From assembly GCA_020057405.1 (NCBI GenBank), contig JAGVFW010000003.1, positions 32,001 to 96,000 of the forward strand: 64,000 bases of DNA, written 5' to 3'. Shown one piece after another: positions 28,202 to 38,126 of the stretch. A model generated the notes under the pieces. The model did no database searches, was not told the DNA's origin, and worked only from the letters and a program-made list of their open reading frames with translations. A program made the position numbers and the translations under genes. Source of the DNA: an archaeon. GTDB taxonomy: Archaea > Micrarchaeota > Micrarchaeia > Norongarragalinales > UBA97. Numbering within the stretch: position 1 is the stretch's first letter; each line of letters opens with the position of its first letter.

Positions 28202-29185
28202 TCAGAGGGTCTTTTGGCCTTGGCTGTTGCGTTTGAAGAAGAGCTCGCTCACGCTGCGGTTCTCGTGGATGCGGATAATCGCCTCGCTTAGAAGCGGGGC
28301 GAGTGATACTTGCGTGACGTTTTTGGGCGCACCGGGCCGTAGGAGGATGCTGTTGGTGACGATGAGCTCCTTTACGCCGCTTGCGGCGATGTTCTCAAAT
28401 GCCTTGCCGCTAAAGACCGCGTGGCTTGCGCAGGCGAACACTTGCTTTGCGCCCTTTGCGTGAAGCGACTTGACTGCGGGCAGAAGCGTGCTTGCGGTGT
28501 CGACCATGTCGTCGGCGATGATGCAGGTCTTGCCGCTCACTTCGCCGATGACGTGGATGATTTCGCTCGCGTTGGGCTCCGGCCGCCGCTTGTCAAGGAC
28601 GGTTAGGGGAACGTCGAGGAGGCGGGCGAGGTTTCGCGCGCGCTTGACGCCGCCCACGTCAGGGCTGACGATGACGGCGTTTTTCAGTTCCTTGCCGAGT
28701 TTCTTCTTGAAGTGCTCCGCGAACATCCAAATCGCGCTTAAGTCGTCGATTGGCACGCGGAAGAAGCCCTCGATGCCGCTTGAGTGCAAATCAACGCACA
28801 CTACAGCATCGGCGCCCGCGTTCTCGATGATGCTGGCGACGAGCGCCGCACTGATTGGGCTGCGGCCAATGAGCCTATCTTGCCTTGCGTATCCGTAATA
28901 GGGGATGACTGCGATGACGCGGTGGGCGCTTGCCCGCCTTGCCGCGTCGATGAGAAGCGCCAGTTCCATGAAGTTGTCGTTGACTGGAGCTGACGTGGGT
29001 TGGATGACGAAAACGTCCTTGCCGCGCACGCTCTCGCCGATGAGGACATTGTACTCGCCGTCGGAAAACTTCTTGACTTCAACGGTAGTGAGTTTGGCGC
29101 CAAGCTGTGCTGCAATCTCGTTGGCTAATGGAAGATTCGCCGTTCCAGCAAGTAGTTTTAGTTCTGAAGCTGCCGTTAAGCCCAC
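28202..29185 (-). CDS. prs: Ribose-phosphate pyrophosphokinase
   Basis: FSDGE, PYYGYARQDR, DLH, SPDVGG, DDMVDTAST. Confidence 0.95.
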   Translation of the reverse strand: MGLTAASELKLLAGTANLPLANEIAAQLGAKLTTVEVKKFSDGEYNVLIGESVRGKDVFVIQPTSAPVNDNFMELALLIDAARRASAHRVIAVIPYYGYARQDRLIGRSPISAALVASIIENAGADAVVCVDLHSSGIEGFFRVPIDDLSAIWMFAEHFKKKLGKELKNAVIVSPDVGGVKRARNLARLLDVPLTVLDKRRPEPNASEIIHVIGEVSGKTCIIADDMVDTASTLLPAVKSLHAKGAKQVFACASHAVFSGKAFENIAASGVKELIVTNSILLRPGAPKNVTQVSLAPLLSEAIIRIHENRSVSELFFKRNSQGQKTL

Positions 29186-29244
29186 CTAAGAGCATTAGCC
29201 GGAAACTGGTTTAAATATCCGCGTTGCCTGCTTGGCACGCTACC

Positions 29245-31026
29245 TTAAAGCACGGTGACGCTTTTGGCGAGGTTCCGCGGCTTGTCGGGGGAGATGCCAC
29301 GCTCTTTTGCGGTGTAGTAGGCAAGAAGCTGCAGCGGCACGACGCTTAGGAGGGGGTAGAAGAGTTCGCTTGCCTTTGGCACGCGCAGGAAGGCGTCGTA
29401 GGCGGGGTCCGGCTCGTCGCTGACGCCGATGACAAAAGCCCCGCGCGCCTTTGTCTCAACCGCGTTTGCTAGCGTCTCTGAGCGCGTGATGTCGCTCGGG
29501 TTGATGACGATTACTGGCGTCTCCTTTTCGATTAGTGCGATTGTGCCGTGCTTGAGCTCGCCTGCAGGCATGCCCTCGGCGTGAAGGTAGGAAACTTCCT
29601 TGATTTTGAGGGCGCCTTCTAGTGCGGTTGCAAAGTTGATGCCGCGGGCGATGTAGTAGGCGTCGTGCTTTTTCGCGAGCCACTTCGAGAGTTCCCGCGC
29701 TTTCTCGTCGTTCTCGTCAATGCACTTCTTTACGAGGAGAGGCATTTGGGAAAGCAGTTGCTTGCCTTCTGCAAGCCTGCCGGCCGCTGCAAACGAGAGG
29801 AGCATGCCCACGACGACCTGGTTGACAAATGCCTTTGTCGAGGCGACCGCGATTTCTGGCCCCGCGTTGATGTAGAGGCGTTTGTCGCTCATGCGGTCAA
29901 GTGTGCTGCCCACGACATTCACGAGGGAATAGATTTTCGCGCCCTTCGCTTTCGCCTTCTTCGCTGGCACGACGACATCAGCCGTCTCGCCGCTTTGGCT
30001 GATTGCGAAAATTATGGTGTCCTTCCCCGCCCGGTCGGCAAAGTAAGTGTACTCACTTGCCATCATCACTTCGGCGTGCTTGCCTGCAACCGAGTCAAGG
30101 GCGTAGCGGGTAATCAGGCCGGCGTGGCGGGCGGTGCCCATTGCTATGATGATGACGTTTCGCGCAAGCATCAGGTCGTCTGCGAAATCCTGGACTGCAG
30201 CGTCGTCCTGGCGTAGCGCGTCGGCGACTGCTAGGGGCTGTTCCATGATTTCCTTTAGCATAAAGTCCGCGTAGCCGCCCTTTTGCGCCTGCTCGGCGCT
30301 CCAGTCAACGGTAGTGGGCTTCTTGTCAACGGCAGTGCCGTCGGAAACCTTGAGCACCTGCACCGCGCCTGCAGTCAGGACGGCGATTTCCCCGTCGTCA
30401 AGAAATATGAGGTCGCGGGTGTGTGAGAGGACCGGGGTGGCGTCGCTTGCGGCAATTGCAAATCCTTCGCCAATTGCTGCAATAAGGGGGCTTTCGTTGC
30501 GGACTGCGATGAGTTTTTTCTCGCTTGAGCGGCCTACGAGGAGGGCATAGCTGCCGTGCATCCTTTTTACTGCAAGGCGAACTGCCTCCTCAAGCGTCAC
30601 CCCTTTTGCAAGCTCGTCCTCAATTAAGTGCGCGGCCACTTCGCTGTCGGTATCCGAGCGAAACTCGTGGGTCACGGCTAGGCCGCGCTTTAGTTCCAAG
30701 TAGTTTTCGATGATGCCGTTGTGAACAACTACGAGGTCATTGTCGCAATCAGAATGCGGATGCGCGTTCTCCTGCGTCACTGCGCCGGTTGTTGCCCAGC
30801 GGCAGTGCGCCATGCCGAACTCGCCGTCAAGCTCGCCCCAGTCCTGCGCGGCGCTGACGTCACCGACCATGCCGACTTCCTTTCGGAGTTCAAGTTTTCC
30901 GTCGTTGGCGACGGCTATGCCGCACGAGTCGTAGCCGCGGTATTCGAGTTTTGCGAGGCCCTCGCGCAGGTGGCTTCCCATCGTTCCCTTGGGAAAGTCG
31001 CCGACGATGCCGATGATTCCGCACAT
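29245..31026 (-). CDS. glmS: Glutamine-fructose-6-phosphate aminotransferase
   Basis: MCGIIG start (31026), LEYRGYDS, HNGIIENY, SQSGET, ASTKAF, PRNLAKSVTV. Confidence 0.97.
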   Translation of the reverse strand: MCGIIGIVGDFPKGTMGSHLREGLAKLEYRGYDSCGIAVANDGKLELRKEVGMVGDVSAAQDWGELDGEFGMAHCRWATTGAVTQENAHPHSDCDNDLVVVHNGIIENYLELKRGLAVTHEFRSDTDSEVAAHLIEDELAKGVTLEEAVRLAVKRMHGSYALLVGRSSEKKLIAVRNESPLIAAIGEGFAIAASDATPVLSHTRDLIFLDDGEIAVLTAGAVQVLKVSDGTAVDKKPTTVDWSAEQAQKGGYADFMLKEIMEQPLAVADALRQDDAAVQDFADDLMLARNVIIIAMGTARHAGLITRYALDSVAGKHAEVMMASEYTYFADRAGKDTIIFAISQSGETADVVVPAKKAKAKGAKIYSLVNVVGSTLDRMSDKRLYINAGPEIAVASTKAFVNQVVVGMLLSFAAAGRLAEGKQLLSQMPLLVKKCIDENDEKARELSKWLAKKHDAYYIARGINFATALEGALKIKEVSYLHAEGMPAGELKHGTIALIEKETPVIVINPSDITRSETLANAVETKARGAFVIGVSDEPDPAYDAFLRVPKASELFYPLLSVVPLQLLAYYTAKERGISPDKPRNLAKSVTVL

Positions 31027-31247
31027 AACAAAACACCTAGTTTGATGCCAAAGGGGCGGGAGCCTTACGAGCCAGCAAGGCCTTCCCACACCCACCTGTG
31101 CGCACGGGGTGATCCGTTTGCACTATTCTTTTTGCCTCCGGGCGGTATTAAAGCCCGCTAAAGCTTTTTTCCCACAACCGCAACCTTTTTTAACAAAATT
31201 GATAGTATAGTTATCAAATTATTCATTGCATTATCAAGTTGGTCAAC

Positions 31248-32159
31248 ATGGCTGGTTCGCAGGGACTCCTCCTCCGTGACGGGAAAGCGCTCTCTGCATC
31301 AATAGTCGGCGAAAAGGCGCTCGCCGTTCTAAGCGAGGACCGCCTGCGCATCCTGCGGGCACTCGCCGAGGAGCCCAAGTATCCCACCCAGGTGGCGCGC
31401 GAGTTGCGGATGCAGGTGCAGACGGTCTACTACCACATGCGCCTGCTTGAGGAAAATGAACTGGTTCAGTTTGTCGAGCACGAGGAAAAGGGGGGCGCTA
31501 CTGCAAAGAAGTTCGCCGCAGCTGGTGACGCGCTTGCCGTCGTCGTAAACGAACGCAACTGGAAGCCGTACTCGGCGGGAAAGCTCGCAAAGCCGCCCGC
31601 GTTCCTTGAACACTTCGTCTCGGGTGGTCACCTAGACGCCAAGATGGTGCTCGGTTCGCCCGACGCTCACGGAAAATACCGCGCACGCGGGAGCGAACTG
31701 TGCGCTGCCGAGTTGGCAATGTTTTTGGGCAACTACGCGACATTCTCTTATCCACTCTACTACCTCGACACCGAGATTACGGAAAAAGCCAAACGCGGCA
31801 ACTTAATCGTCATCGGCGGGCCCAAAGTCAACACGCTTGCCGCAGAACTTAACCCGCACCTGCGAGTGCAGTTTGACGAGCGCTCCTTCGCCATCCGCTC
31901 GCAAGTTAGCGGCAAGACCTACGAGGAGAACGTCGGGGTCATCGAAATCACGGAAAATCCGTTCCACCGCGGGAAGAAAATCATTATTTTGGCCGGCATG
32001 AACCACCTTAGCACGCGCGTTGCGGTGCTTGCGCTCCTAAAGGAGCGGAAGAAACTAGAGGAAGGCAACCTCTTTGACGCCAGTGTCAAGGCGAAGGTCG
32101 TGCAGGGATTCGACGAGGACGGCGACGGGATTGTGGACGCGGTCGAAGTGCTCGAGTAA
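31248..32159 (+). CDS. ArsR-like HTH regulator with C-terminal S-layer-like alpha/beta domain
   Basis: RLRILRAL..PKYPTQVAREL..QTVYYH; NLIVIGGPKVN; TTGATA-N7-TATCAA inverted repeat upstream (31199-31217). Confidence 0.75.
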   Translation: MAGSQGLLLRDGKALSASIVGEKALAVLSEDRLRILRALAEEPKYPTQVARELRMQVQTVYYHMRLLEENELVQFVEHEEKGGATAKKFAAAGDALAVVVNERNWKPYSAGKLAKPPAFLEHFVSGGHLDAKMVLGSPDAHGKYRARGSELCAAELAMFLGNYATFSYPLYYLDTEITEKAKRGNLIVIGGPKVNTLAAELNPHLRVQFDERSFAIRSQVSGKTYEENVGVIEITENPFHRGKKIIILAGMNHLSTRVAVLALLKERKKLEEGNLFDASVKAKVVQGFDEDGDGIVDAVEVLE

Positions 32160-32207
32160 ATAAGGCAATTAAAACGGTTTAGGAAGAATAACTCAGTAGG
32201 GAAGAAC

Positions 32208-33032
32208 GTGCACAAGCAAACAACCGACGTCAAGGAACTCGAGCGCATTGCAAACGACGTCCGCAAGTGGTCAATCAAGATGACTACTGCCGCCAACAGC
32301 GGGCATCCGGGCGGCTCACTGTCATCAGCAGACTTTTTCACTGCCCTCTACTTCTCAGTCATGAAGCATGACCCGGCCAAGCCCGATTGGGATGGCCGCG
32401 ACAGGTTCATCCTCTCAAACGGCCACATTTGCCCAGCTTGGTATTCAGTGCAGGCGCTCGCGGGCTACTTTCCCGTTGAAGAGTTAATGACTTTCCGCCA
32501 GTTTGGCAGTCGCTTGCAGGGCCACCCCACGCGCGGCACGCTTCCCACAATTGAAATCTCTACGGGCTCGCTTGGCCAGGGCTTCTCCGCCGCAGTCGGC
32601 TACGCACTTGGCCTCCAGTTGGCGGGCAAGCCGAACAAGGTGTTCGTTAGTGTTGGCGACGGCGAGCTTGAGGAAGGCGCGACCTGGGAAGCGGCAATGG
32701 CTGGCAGCCACTACAAGCTAGGCAATCTCATCGCAGTGTGCGACCGAAACGGCCTGCAGCAGAACGGCTCAACTGAAGACTTGATTGGCCTTGAGCCGCT
32801 TGCCGGCAAGTACACGGCGTTCGGCTGGCGAGTGGTAGAGGCAGAAGGCAACGACATGGCGAAAGTCCTCGACGCGTTCAAGAAGGCACTCGCACCATCG
32901 CAGAAGCCTACGATGATTCTGTTCAAGACGGTTATGGGCAAGGGCGTCAAGTTCATGGAAAACGATCACCAGTGGCACGGAAAGGCCCTGCCGCAAGACA
33001 AGGCGGAAGCAGCACTAAAGGAACTAGGGTGA
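32208..33032 (+). CDS. Transketolase N-terminal subunit
   Basis: SGHPGGSLS, RDRFILSNGH, LQGHP, GSLGQG, GDGEL. Confidence 0.95.
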   Translation: MHKQTTDVKELERIANDVRKWSIKMTTAANSGHPGGSLSSADFFTALYFSVMKHDPAKPDWDGRDRFILSNGHICPAWYSVQALAGYFPVEELMTFRQFGSRLQGHPTRGTLPTIEISTGSLGQGFSAAVGYALGLQLAGKPNKVFVSVGDGELEEGATWEAAMAGSHYKLGNLIAVCDRNGLQQNGSTEDLIGLEPLAGKYTAFGWRVVEAEGNDMAKVLDAFKKALAPSQKPTMILFKTVMGKGVKFMENDHQWHGKALPQDKAEAALKELG

Positions 33033-33037
33033 AGAAA

Positions 33038-33199
33038 ATGGGAATGAACGAAATGATTTTGTCCTCGGTTGTCGGGCTCGTAATTGGGATTGTATTCGGC
33101 GTTCTCAAGCTCCCGTTGCCAACGCCAGACAAGATTGAAGGAGTCATTGCCGTAATCGCAGTCTTTGCCGGAATGATGTTGGTCAAACAATTCACTTAA
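33038..33199 (+). CDS. XapX/DUF1427-like small membrane protein
   Basis: GLVIGIVFGVLKLPLPTP...GVIAV. Confidence 0.7.
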   Translation: MGMNEMILSSVVGLVIGIVFGVLKLPLPTPDKIEGVIAVIAVFAGMMLVKQFT

Positions 33200-33207
33200 G
33201 TGAAAAC

Positions 33208-34173
33208 ATGGCAGTAAAACTCTCGACTGTTGAAAAGCCTCTTCTTGAGGCAACTCGCGATGGTTTTGGCAGGATGCTTGCTGCGCTTGGCGAGAAGGAC
33301 AGCCGCATCATCGGCCTTAGCGGCGACCTTAACGACAGCACGCGAATTGATTGGCTGAAGGAGAAGCGGCCAAAGCAGTTCGTTCAGGCTGGCATTGCGG
33401 AGCAGAACATGGTTGGCATGGCGGCGGGCCTGTCACTTGCGGGCTTCGTGCCCTTTGCAGCGACTTTCGGGGCATTCACCTTCAGGGCCGCCGACCACAT
33501 TCGCGTCTCAATCGCATTTAGCAACCTGAACGTCAAGATAGTCGCCACCCACTGCGGCGTGACGACGGGAGAAGACGGGGGCAACGCGCAGGTGCTTGAG
33601 GACATCGCCTTCTTCCGCTCGCTCCCGAACTTCACAGTCATTTCCCCCTGCGATTCGCTTGAGGCAGAGAAGGCAACCGAAGTCGCGGCTGGTTTACAAT
33701 CGCCGGTTTACCTGCGCCTTGGGCGCGAGAAAGTCCCGATTATCACTTCAGCAGAGACGCCGTTTTCGCTTGGCAAGGCCGAAGTGTTCCACGATGGTGA
33801 CGACGTAGCCATTATCGCAACTGGCCTCGAAGTGAATGAGGCGATGATTGCGGCTCGCGCGCTTGCCAAGGAAAAAATTAGCGCCCGAATAATCAACATG
33901 CACACGATTAAGCCCATTGACGAAGAGACGATTGTCAAGGCGGCCAAAGAGTGCGGCTGCGTGGTCACTGCAGAAGAGCACCAGGTGACAGGCGGGCTAG
34001 GCGGAGCGGTTGCCGAAGTCTTGGGCCAACGCCAGCCCGTGCCAATGAGATTTGTCGGCGTCCAGAACAGGTTCGGCGAGAGCGGCAAGGGCGCCGAATT
34101 GCTGCATAAGTTCGGATTAACAAGCGAGTTTATTGTCAAGGCGGCGAAGGAATCGGTTAAGGCAAGAAAGTAG
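33208..34173 (+). CDS. Transketolase C-terminal subunit
   Basis: [29 protein letters not shown]. Confidence 0.95.
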   Translation: MAVKLSTVEKPLLEATRDGFGRMLAALGEKDSRIIGLSGDLNDSTRIDWLKEKRPKQFVQAGIAEQNMVGMAAGLSLAGFVPFAATFGAFTFRAADHIRVSIAFSNLNVKIVATHCGVTTGEDGGNAQVLEDIAFFRSLPNFTVISPCDSLEAEKATEVAAGLQSPVYLRLGREKVPIITSAETPFSLGKAEVFHDGDDVAIIATGLEVNEAMIAARALAKEKISARIINMHTIKPIDEETIVKAAKECGCVVTAEEHQVTGGLGGAVAEVLGQRQPVPMRFVGVQNRFGESGKGAELLHKFGLTSEFIVKAAKESVKARK

Positions 34174-34181
34174 GTAAAAAA

Positions 34182-34826
34182 ATGAAGCTCTTTTTGGACA
34201 CCGCGATTGTCGACGAAGTGCGAGAAGCCGCAAGCTGGGGCATCCTTGGAGGCGTGACGACGAACCCGACGCTCGTGATGAAGAGCGGCAGGAAATTCAA
34301 GGAAGTCGTAATCGAGATTTGCAACCTCGTTGACGGGCCAGTAAGCGCGGAAGTGACTAGCGAGAAGGCTGAGGACATGATGAAAGAGGCACGCGAGTTC
34401 GTCACCTGGCACGAGAACATCGTCGTGAAATTCCCGATGACTGAAGAAGGCATGAAGGCAGTCAGCCAGGCGAGCAAAGAAGGAATCAAGAGCAACGTCA
34501 CACTCGTCTTCACGCCAAACCAGGCCTTGGTTGCCGCGCGTGCCGGCGCGACGATGGTCTCGCCTTTTGTAGGCAGGCTAGATGACATAAAAGAGGACGG
34601 CATGCAGGTCGTGCGCGAAATCGTCGAGATTTTTTGCATCTACGAGATTGAGACTAAAGTGCTTGCCGCGAGCATTCGCCACCCCGAGCACGTGAGGCAG
34701 GCGGCCCTGGCCGGCGCAGACTACTGCACCATGCCGTTTAGCGTGATGAAGGAACTCTTCAAGCATCCGCTCACTGATGCTGGACTAAAGAAGTTTGCAG
34801 AAGACTGGGCAAAGGCGAAGAAGTAG
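34182..34826 (+). CDS. tal: Transaldolase / fructose-6-phosphate aldolase family
   Basis: [34 protein letters not shown]. Confidence 0.9.
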   Translation: MKLFLDTAIVDEVREAASWGILGGVTTNPTLVMKSGRKFKEVVIEICNLVDGPVSAEVTSEKAEDMMKEAREFVTWHENIVVKFPMTEEGMKAVSQASKEGIKSNVTLVFTPNQALVAARAGATMVSPFVGRLDDIKEDGMQVVREIVEIFCIYEIETKVLAASIRHPEHVRQAALAGADYCTMPFSVMKELFKHPLTDAGLKKFAEDWAKAKK

Positions 34827-34828
34827 CT

Positions 34829-35212
34829 TTATTCGGTAGTACGCTCAGTTTCCCACGGGAAAAGGATCCACTGCTTTTTTTTCACGCGGACGTGAAAGTC
34901 GGGAATGAAGGTGGTGTTTTCATGCTTGTAGATTGTGCAGACGAGTGCAGCTTTCTTTGCGGCCTTGCTATTGGACAACGTTTTTCCCGAGTCGGCGATG
35001 TCATCGACCACTAGAGTTGTTGCGCCAACTTTTTTTTCGTCAAGCACTAGCGGCTGCTCAAGTATGTGCGAAAGTTTGACGGCAAGCACGAGGCCACCAC
35101 GAGGAAATCCGTAAATGCCGTCGATTTTCTTGCCACTGCCTCTCACATGGTCAGCTATTTTCAGACAATCGTTATCGAATTTTCTCCACGTCAAACGCTC
35201 GAGTTTTGGCAT
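34829..35212 (-). CDS. Type I phosphoribosyltransferase (purine salvage-like)
   Basis: PRGGL, LVVDDIADSGKTL, WILFPWE. Confidence 0.88.
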   Translation of the reverse strand: MPKLERLTWRKFDNDCLKIADHVRGSGKKIDGIYGFPRGGLVLAVKLSHILEQPLVLDEKKVGATTLVVDDIADSGKTLSNSKAAKKAALVCTIYKHENTTFIPDFHVRVKKKQWILFPWETERTTE

Positions 35213-35218
35213 CTAAAA

Positions 35219-35923
35219 TCATACCCCCAACTTGTAGTAGAGCCGCTTGTTTTTTGCGCCCTTGTTGTCAAGCTTGATGACAACGATTCGGCCGATTTCG
35301 TTCAAATTGTGCACGTGCGGCCCGCCGTCGGCCTGGATGTCGACGCCCGGAATCTCGACAATGCGCAGAATTGGGATGTTCGGGGGCAGGACGTTGGCGA
35401 GCTTCACCATTTCTGGAATGGCTAGTGCCTGTTCTCGTGGCATTTCGGAGATTTTGAGTTCAACATCTTGGGCAAGGGCGGCGTTGGCCTCTCCGATTAT
35501 CGCGTCCAAGACCGACCGGTCAAATTCTTCCATTGACAAGTCAACGCGCGTCTCGTCAGGCCCTACTTGGTTGCCTGTGATTTTGTAGCCTTTGCCAAAC
35601 GCGATTGAGCCGAGTACGTGGAGAGAAGTGTGCATGCAGATGAGGGCGTAGCGGCGGGGCCAGTCGATTTCGCAGCGGACTTCGTCGCCGGTTGTCAGAC
35701 CCTCGCGGTCGACGGTGTGCAGCACACGGCCGCTGTCCTTTCGCACTTCGGTGACGGCGAACTTCTCGTTCGCCTTTTCAATCACCCCGAAGTCGCAGGG
35801 GACGCCCCCTCCGGTTGGGTAAAAGACAGTCTTGTCGAGCTCCACGCGGTTGCCGAAAACTGCAACGACTTTGGCGGTGCATTCTTTCTGGTAGGAGTCC
35901 TTGAGGCACAATAGTTCAGTCAA
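35219..35923 (-). CDS. alaXM: AlaX-M alanyl-tRNA editing protein
   Basis: FYPTGGG, MHTSLH, DGGPHV, KGAKNKRLY. Confidence 0.85.
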   Translation of the reverse strand: MTELLCLKDSYQKECTAKVVAVFGNRVELDKTVFYPTGGGVPCDFGVIEKANEKFAVTEVRKDSGRVLHTVDREGLTTGDEVRCEIDWPRRYALICMHTSLHVLGSIAFGKGYKITGNQVGPDETRVDLSMEEFDRSVLDAIIGEANAALAQDVELKISEMPREQALAIPEMVKLANVLPPNIPILRIVEIPGVDIQADGGPHVHNLNEIGRIVVIKLDNKGAKNKRLYYKLGV

Positions 35924-35925
35924 GC

Positions 35926-37557
35926 TTAGTGGCCACCGTATTTCTTGTCCATTTCCGCAAGCTTTTTGTCGATTTTCTTTTCCGACTCGAGGCGCTCGAG
36001 GGTCGGCGAGGCCGAGTGGTCGACGAAAGTCATGTAATTGGCAAAGGCGGGGTGAACTTTTCCGATTTCGGCGTGCATTTTCTGGGCCATGCGACGGTAA
36101 TCGGGATGGCCCTGCGGAGTCGAGCGCAGTTCAAGCAGGTGGAATGCCTCGCGGAGGTTCAGGTCGGCGTACCAGCGCACGCGGTAGGCCATTGGCACGG
36201 CGTACTGGGCTTCTGATGCATGTGACTTGACAATCTCGTCGTAAGCGTTTGCGGCAACGGCCATGCAATCGTTGAATTCCGCGTCGAAGCCTGCGTCGAC
36301 GAGTTCTGACGGCAGGTCGTAGCCAAGGCGAGTGGTTAGCTCCTGACGCTCTTGGGTGAGCATGCGATGGCGCTGGAGGTCGCGGTAGGCGCCGTAGTTG
36401 CAGCAGAGGTCGAAAGTGTAGCGCGGGAGCTCGAAGGCTCGGCCGGGTTTGTTGCGGCGGTTGGCGCGCTCGCCAACGTAAGTCTTGATTACGGTTGCGC
36501 GCTCGTGGGCCGGCATTGCAGCAGCCTTTTGCCGCAAGTCTGCCATTGAATCATGCGAGTGGGGGTAGAGGGCTGCTGCGATAATGCGCTCTTCGGCGTT
36601 GGCATCGTAGTCGATGAGGGTGACTTCCTTTGAGAATGACGCCGCCGCCTTGTTTTGCTTTGCCGCGTGGCGCAGGTTCCGCCGGATTGCCTTCCAGTAC
36701 GCCTGCTGCTGGACGCCGTAGGCGTTGTTCGCGCGCTTGACGAAAGACGGGATTACTTTTGCGAGTTCCTCGTTCATTGCGCCTGAAATGTTTCTGATTT
36801 CCGCCAGGTCGCTTGAATACATTTTAGTGAGCAGGTACTCAAATGACCTGCCGTTGCCGTAAATGCCGGTATTCGTGATTGTCGAGGCCGGCAGCAGGCC
36901 GCGAAGCAAGTCGCAGGTCTTCGCGCGGACGGTAGACTTGTACGCCCTGTCGCTGACTTCAGTTTCTTGCGGGAAGCGCTCGATGACGTAGGCGCTGACT
37001 TTTGGAATGAGTTTTGCGTAGGTGCTGAAGAGTTTTTCGCAAGTTGCGACGTAGAGGTCGGCCTGGTGTGACGCCATTAGCGTTGGCTCGCGCAGGTAAA
37101 GGTACTCGCCGTTGACTTTCTCGTCGAAGTAGACGTAGCGCGTTGACTTCTCAAGCGGGCTTAGTCCGATGCGGCTGTCCTGGAGTGCTTTCGTTGCAAT
37201 GTTGCTTACTTGCTCGCAGGCAATGTGGACTCCCGCGAGTTCAGCGACACTATCATCGCCGTAGCCGACGAGGACTCTATCGTAGAATTCCTCTGCTTTC
37301 TTGATGGCAACGACGTCGGAGACGCCCCGCTCTTGCTGGTGGCCGACGATTGCCTCAAAGCCCATTTCGGGCGCGTTGATGAATTCGTCTAGAAGGACAC
37401 GGCGGAGGCTCTTTGCGGTGCGCGAGTAGCGGGAGAAGAGGGCGCCCTTGACGACTTCGGGGAGGTTCTTGAGGGCGAAGATGGGCTTGTCGAGGTTGGT
37501 GAAGAAGGGCGCTAGGATTTTTTCTTCTTCGGGGGTGAACTCGGTCATGTTTTTCAC
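35926..37557 (-). CDS. thyX: FAD-dependent thymidylate synthase (tandem two-domain form)
   Basis: ALFSRYSR, YGDDSVAEL, EKSTRY, RDLQRHR, ELRSTPQGH. Confidence 0.88.
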   Translation of the reverse strand: MKNMTEFTPEEEKILAPFFTNLDKPIFALKNLPEVVKGALFSRYSRTAKSLRRVLLDEFINAPEMGFEAIVGHQQERGVSDVVAIKKAEEFYDRVLVGYGDDSVAELAGVHIACEQVSNIATKALQDSRIGLSPLEKSTRYVYFDEKVNGEYLYLREPTLMASHQADLYVATCEKLFSTYAKLIPKVSAYVIERFPQETEVSDRAYKSTVRAKTCDLLRGLLPASTITNTGIYGNGRSFEYLLTKMYSSDLAEIRNISGAMNEELAKVIPSFVKRANNAYGVQQQAYWKAIRRNLRHAAKQNKAAASFSKEVTLIDYDANAEERIIAAALYPHSHDSMADLRQKAAAMPAHERATVIKTYVGERANRRNKPGRAFELPRYTFDLCCNYGAYRDLQRHRMLTQERQELTTRLGYDLPSELVDAGFDAEFNDCMAVAANAYDEIVKSHASEAQYAVPMAYRVRWYADLNLREAFHLLELRSTPQGHPDYRRMAQKMHAEIGKVHPAFANYMTFVDHSASPTLERLESEKKIDKKLAEMDKKYGGH

Positions 37558-38060
37558 ACGTTTTCCTTGTGGTGGATGCCCTTGTAGAGTTCCGCGGCGT
37601 GGTCGTCGAGGGTGACGAACATGAGTTGAGTGATTTTAGCGTTTTTCTTTAGAGTCAGGCCCGCAGGGTTCATCACGGCCAGCATATTCTCGCTCCTGCC
37701 CGAATACCCCGGGTCCCAAAAACCTATTTGCACGGCTGCGCCGCAGCGGGTGAGTGAGGAGCGCGAGGAGTTGAAGGCGCAGAGGTCAGACGGCAGGGAG
37801 ACGATTTCATTGTAGCGCACTTTATAGGCGCCCGGCTTGAGGAATACCTTGTCGGATGCGTCAAACGGGAGTTCCTCTACTTCAGAGAGCTTGCGCTCCG
37901 CATTGTCAAAGTCGATTGTGCCGCCGTCCTTGAAGGCAAAGACTTTCTGCAGCGTCAGATCGAAGCTGGCGGGCTGGAGTTGCTGCTCGAGGTCGACGTA
38001 GTCGGTAAAGAGCTTCTGTTCCTTGATGCGGCGCAAGAGCTCTGACTTTTGAAGAATCAC
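37554..38060 (-). CDS. dCTP deaminase / dUTPase family
   Basis: LQPASFDLT, RSSLTR, WDPGYSG, QLMF. Confidence 0.88.
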   Translation of the reverse strand: MILQKSELLRRIKEQKLFTDYVDLEQQLQPASFDLTLQKVFAFKDGGTIDFDNAERKLSEVEELPFDASDKVFLKPGAYKVRYNEIVSLPSDLCAFNSSRSSLTRCGAAVQIGFWDPGYSGRSENMLAVMNPAGLTLKKNAKITQLMFVTLDDHAAELYKGIHHKENV

Positions 38061-38126
38061 TTAAATCCCACCGCAAGTAGATTGGGGGAAAAGGTTTTAT
38101 TGGCTGCGGGAAAGGGAGTTAACGGC

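Noticed and set aside
31027-31150. glmS ribozyme
   Set aside because: Core consensus (AGCGCC...GACGAGG) not found.
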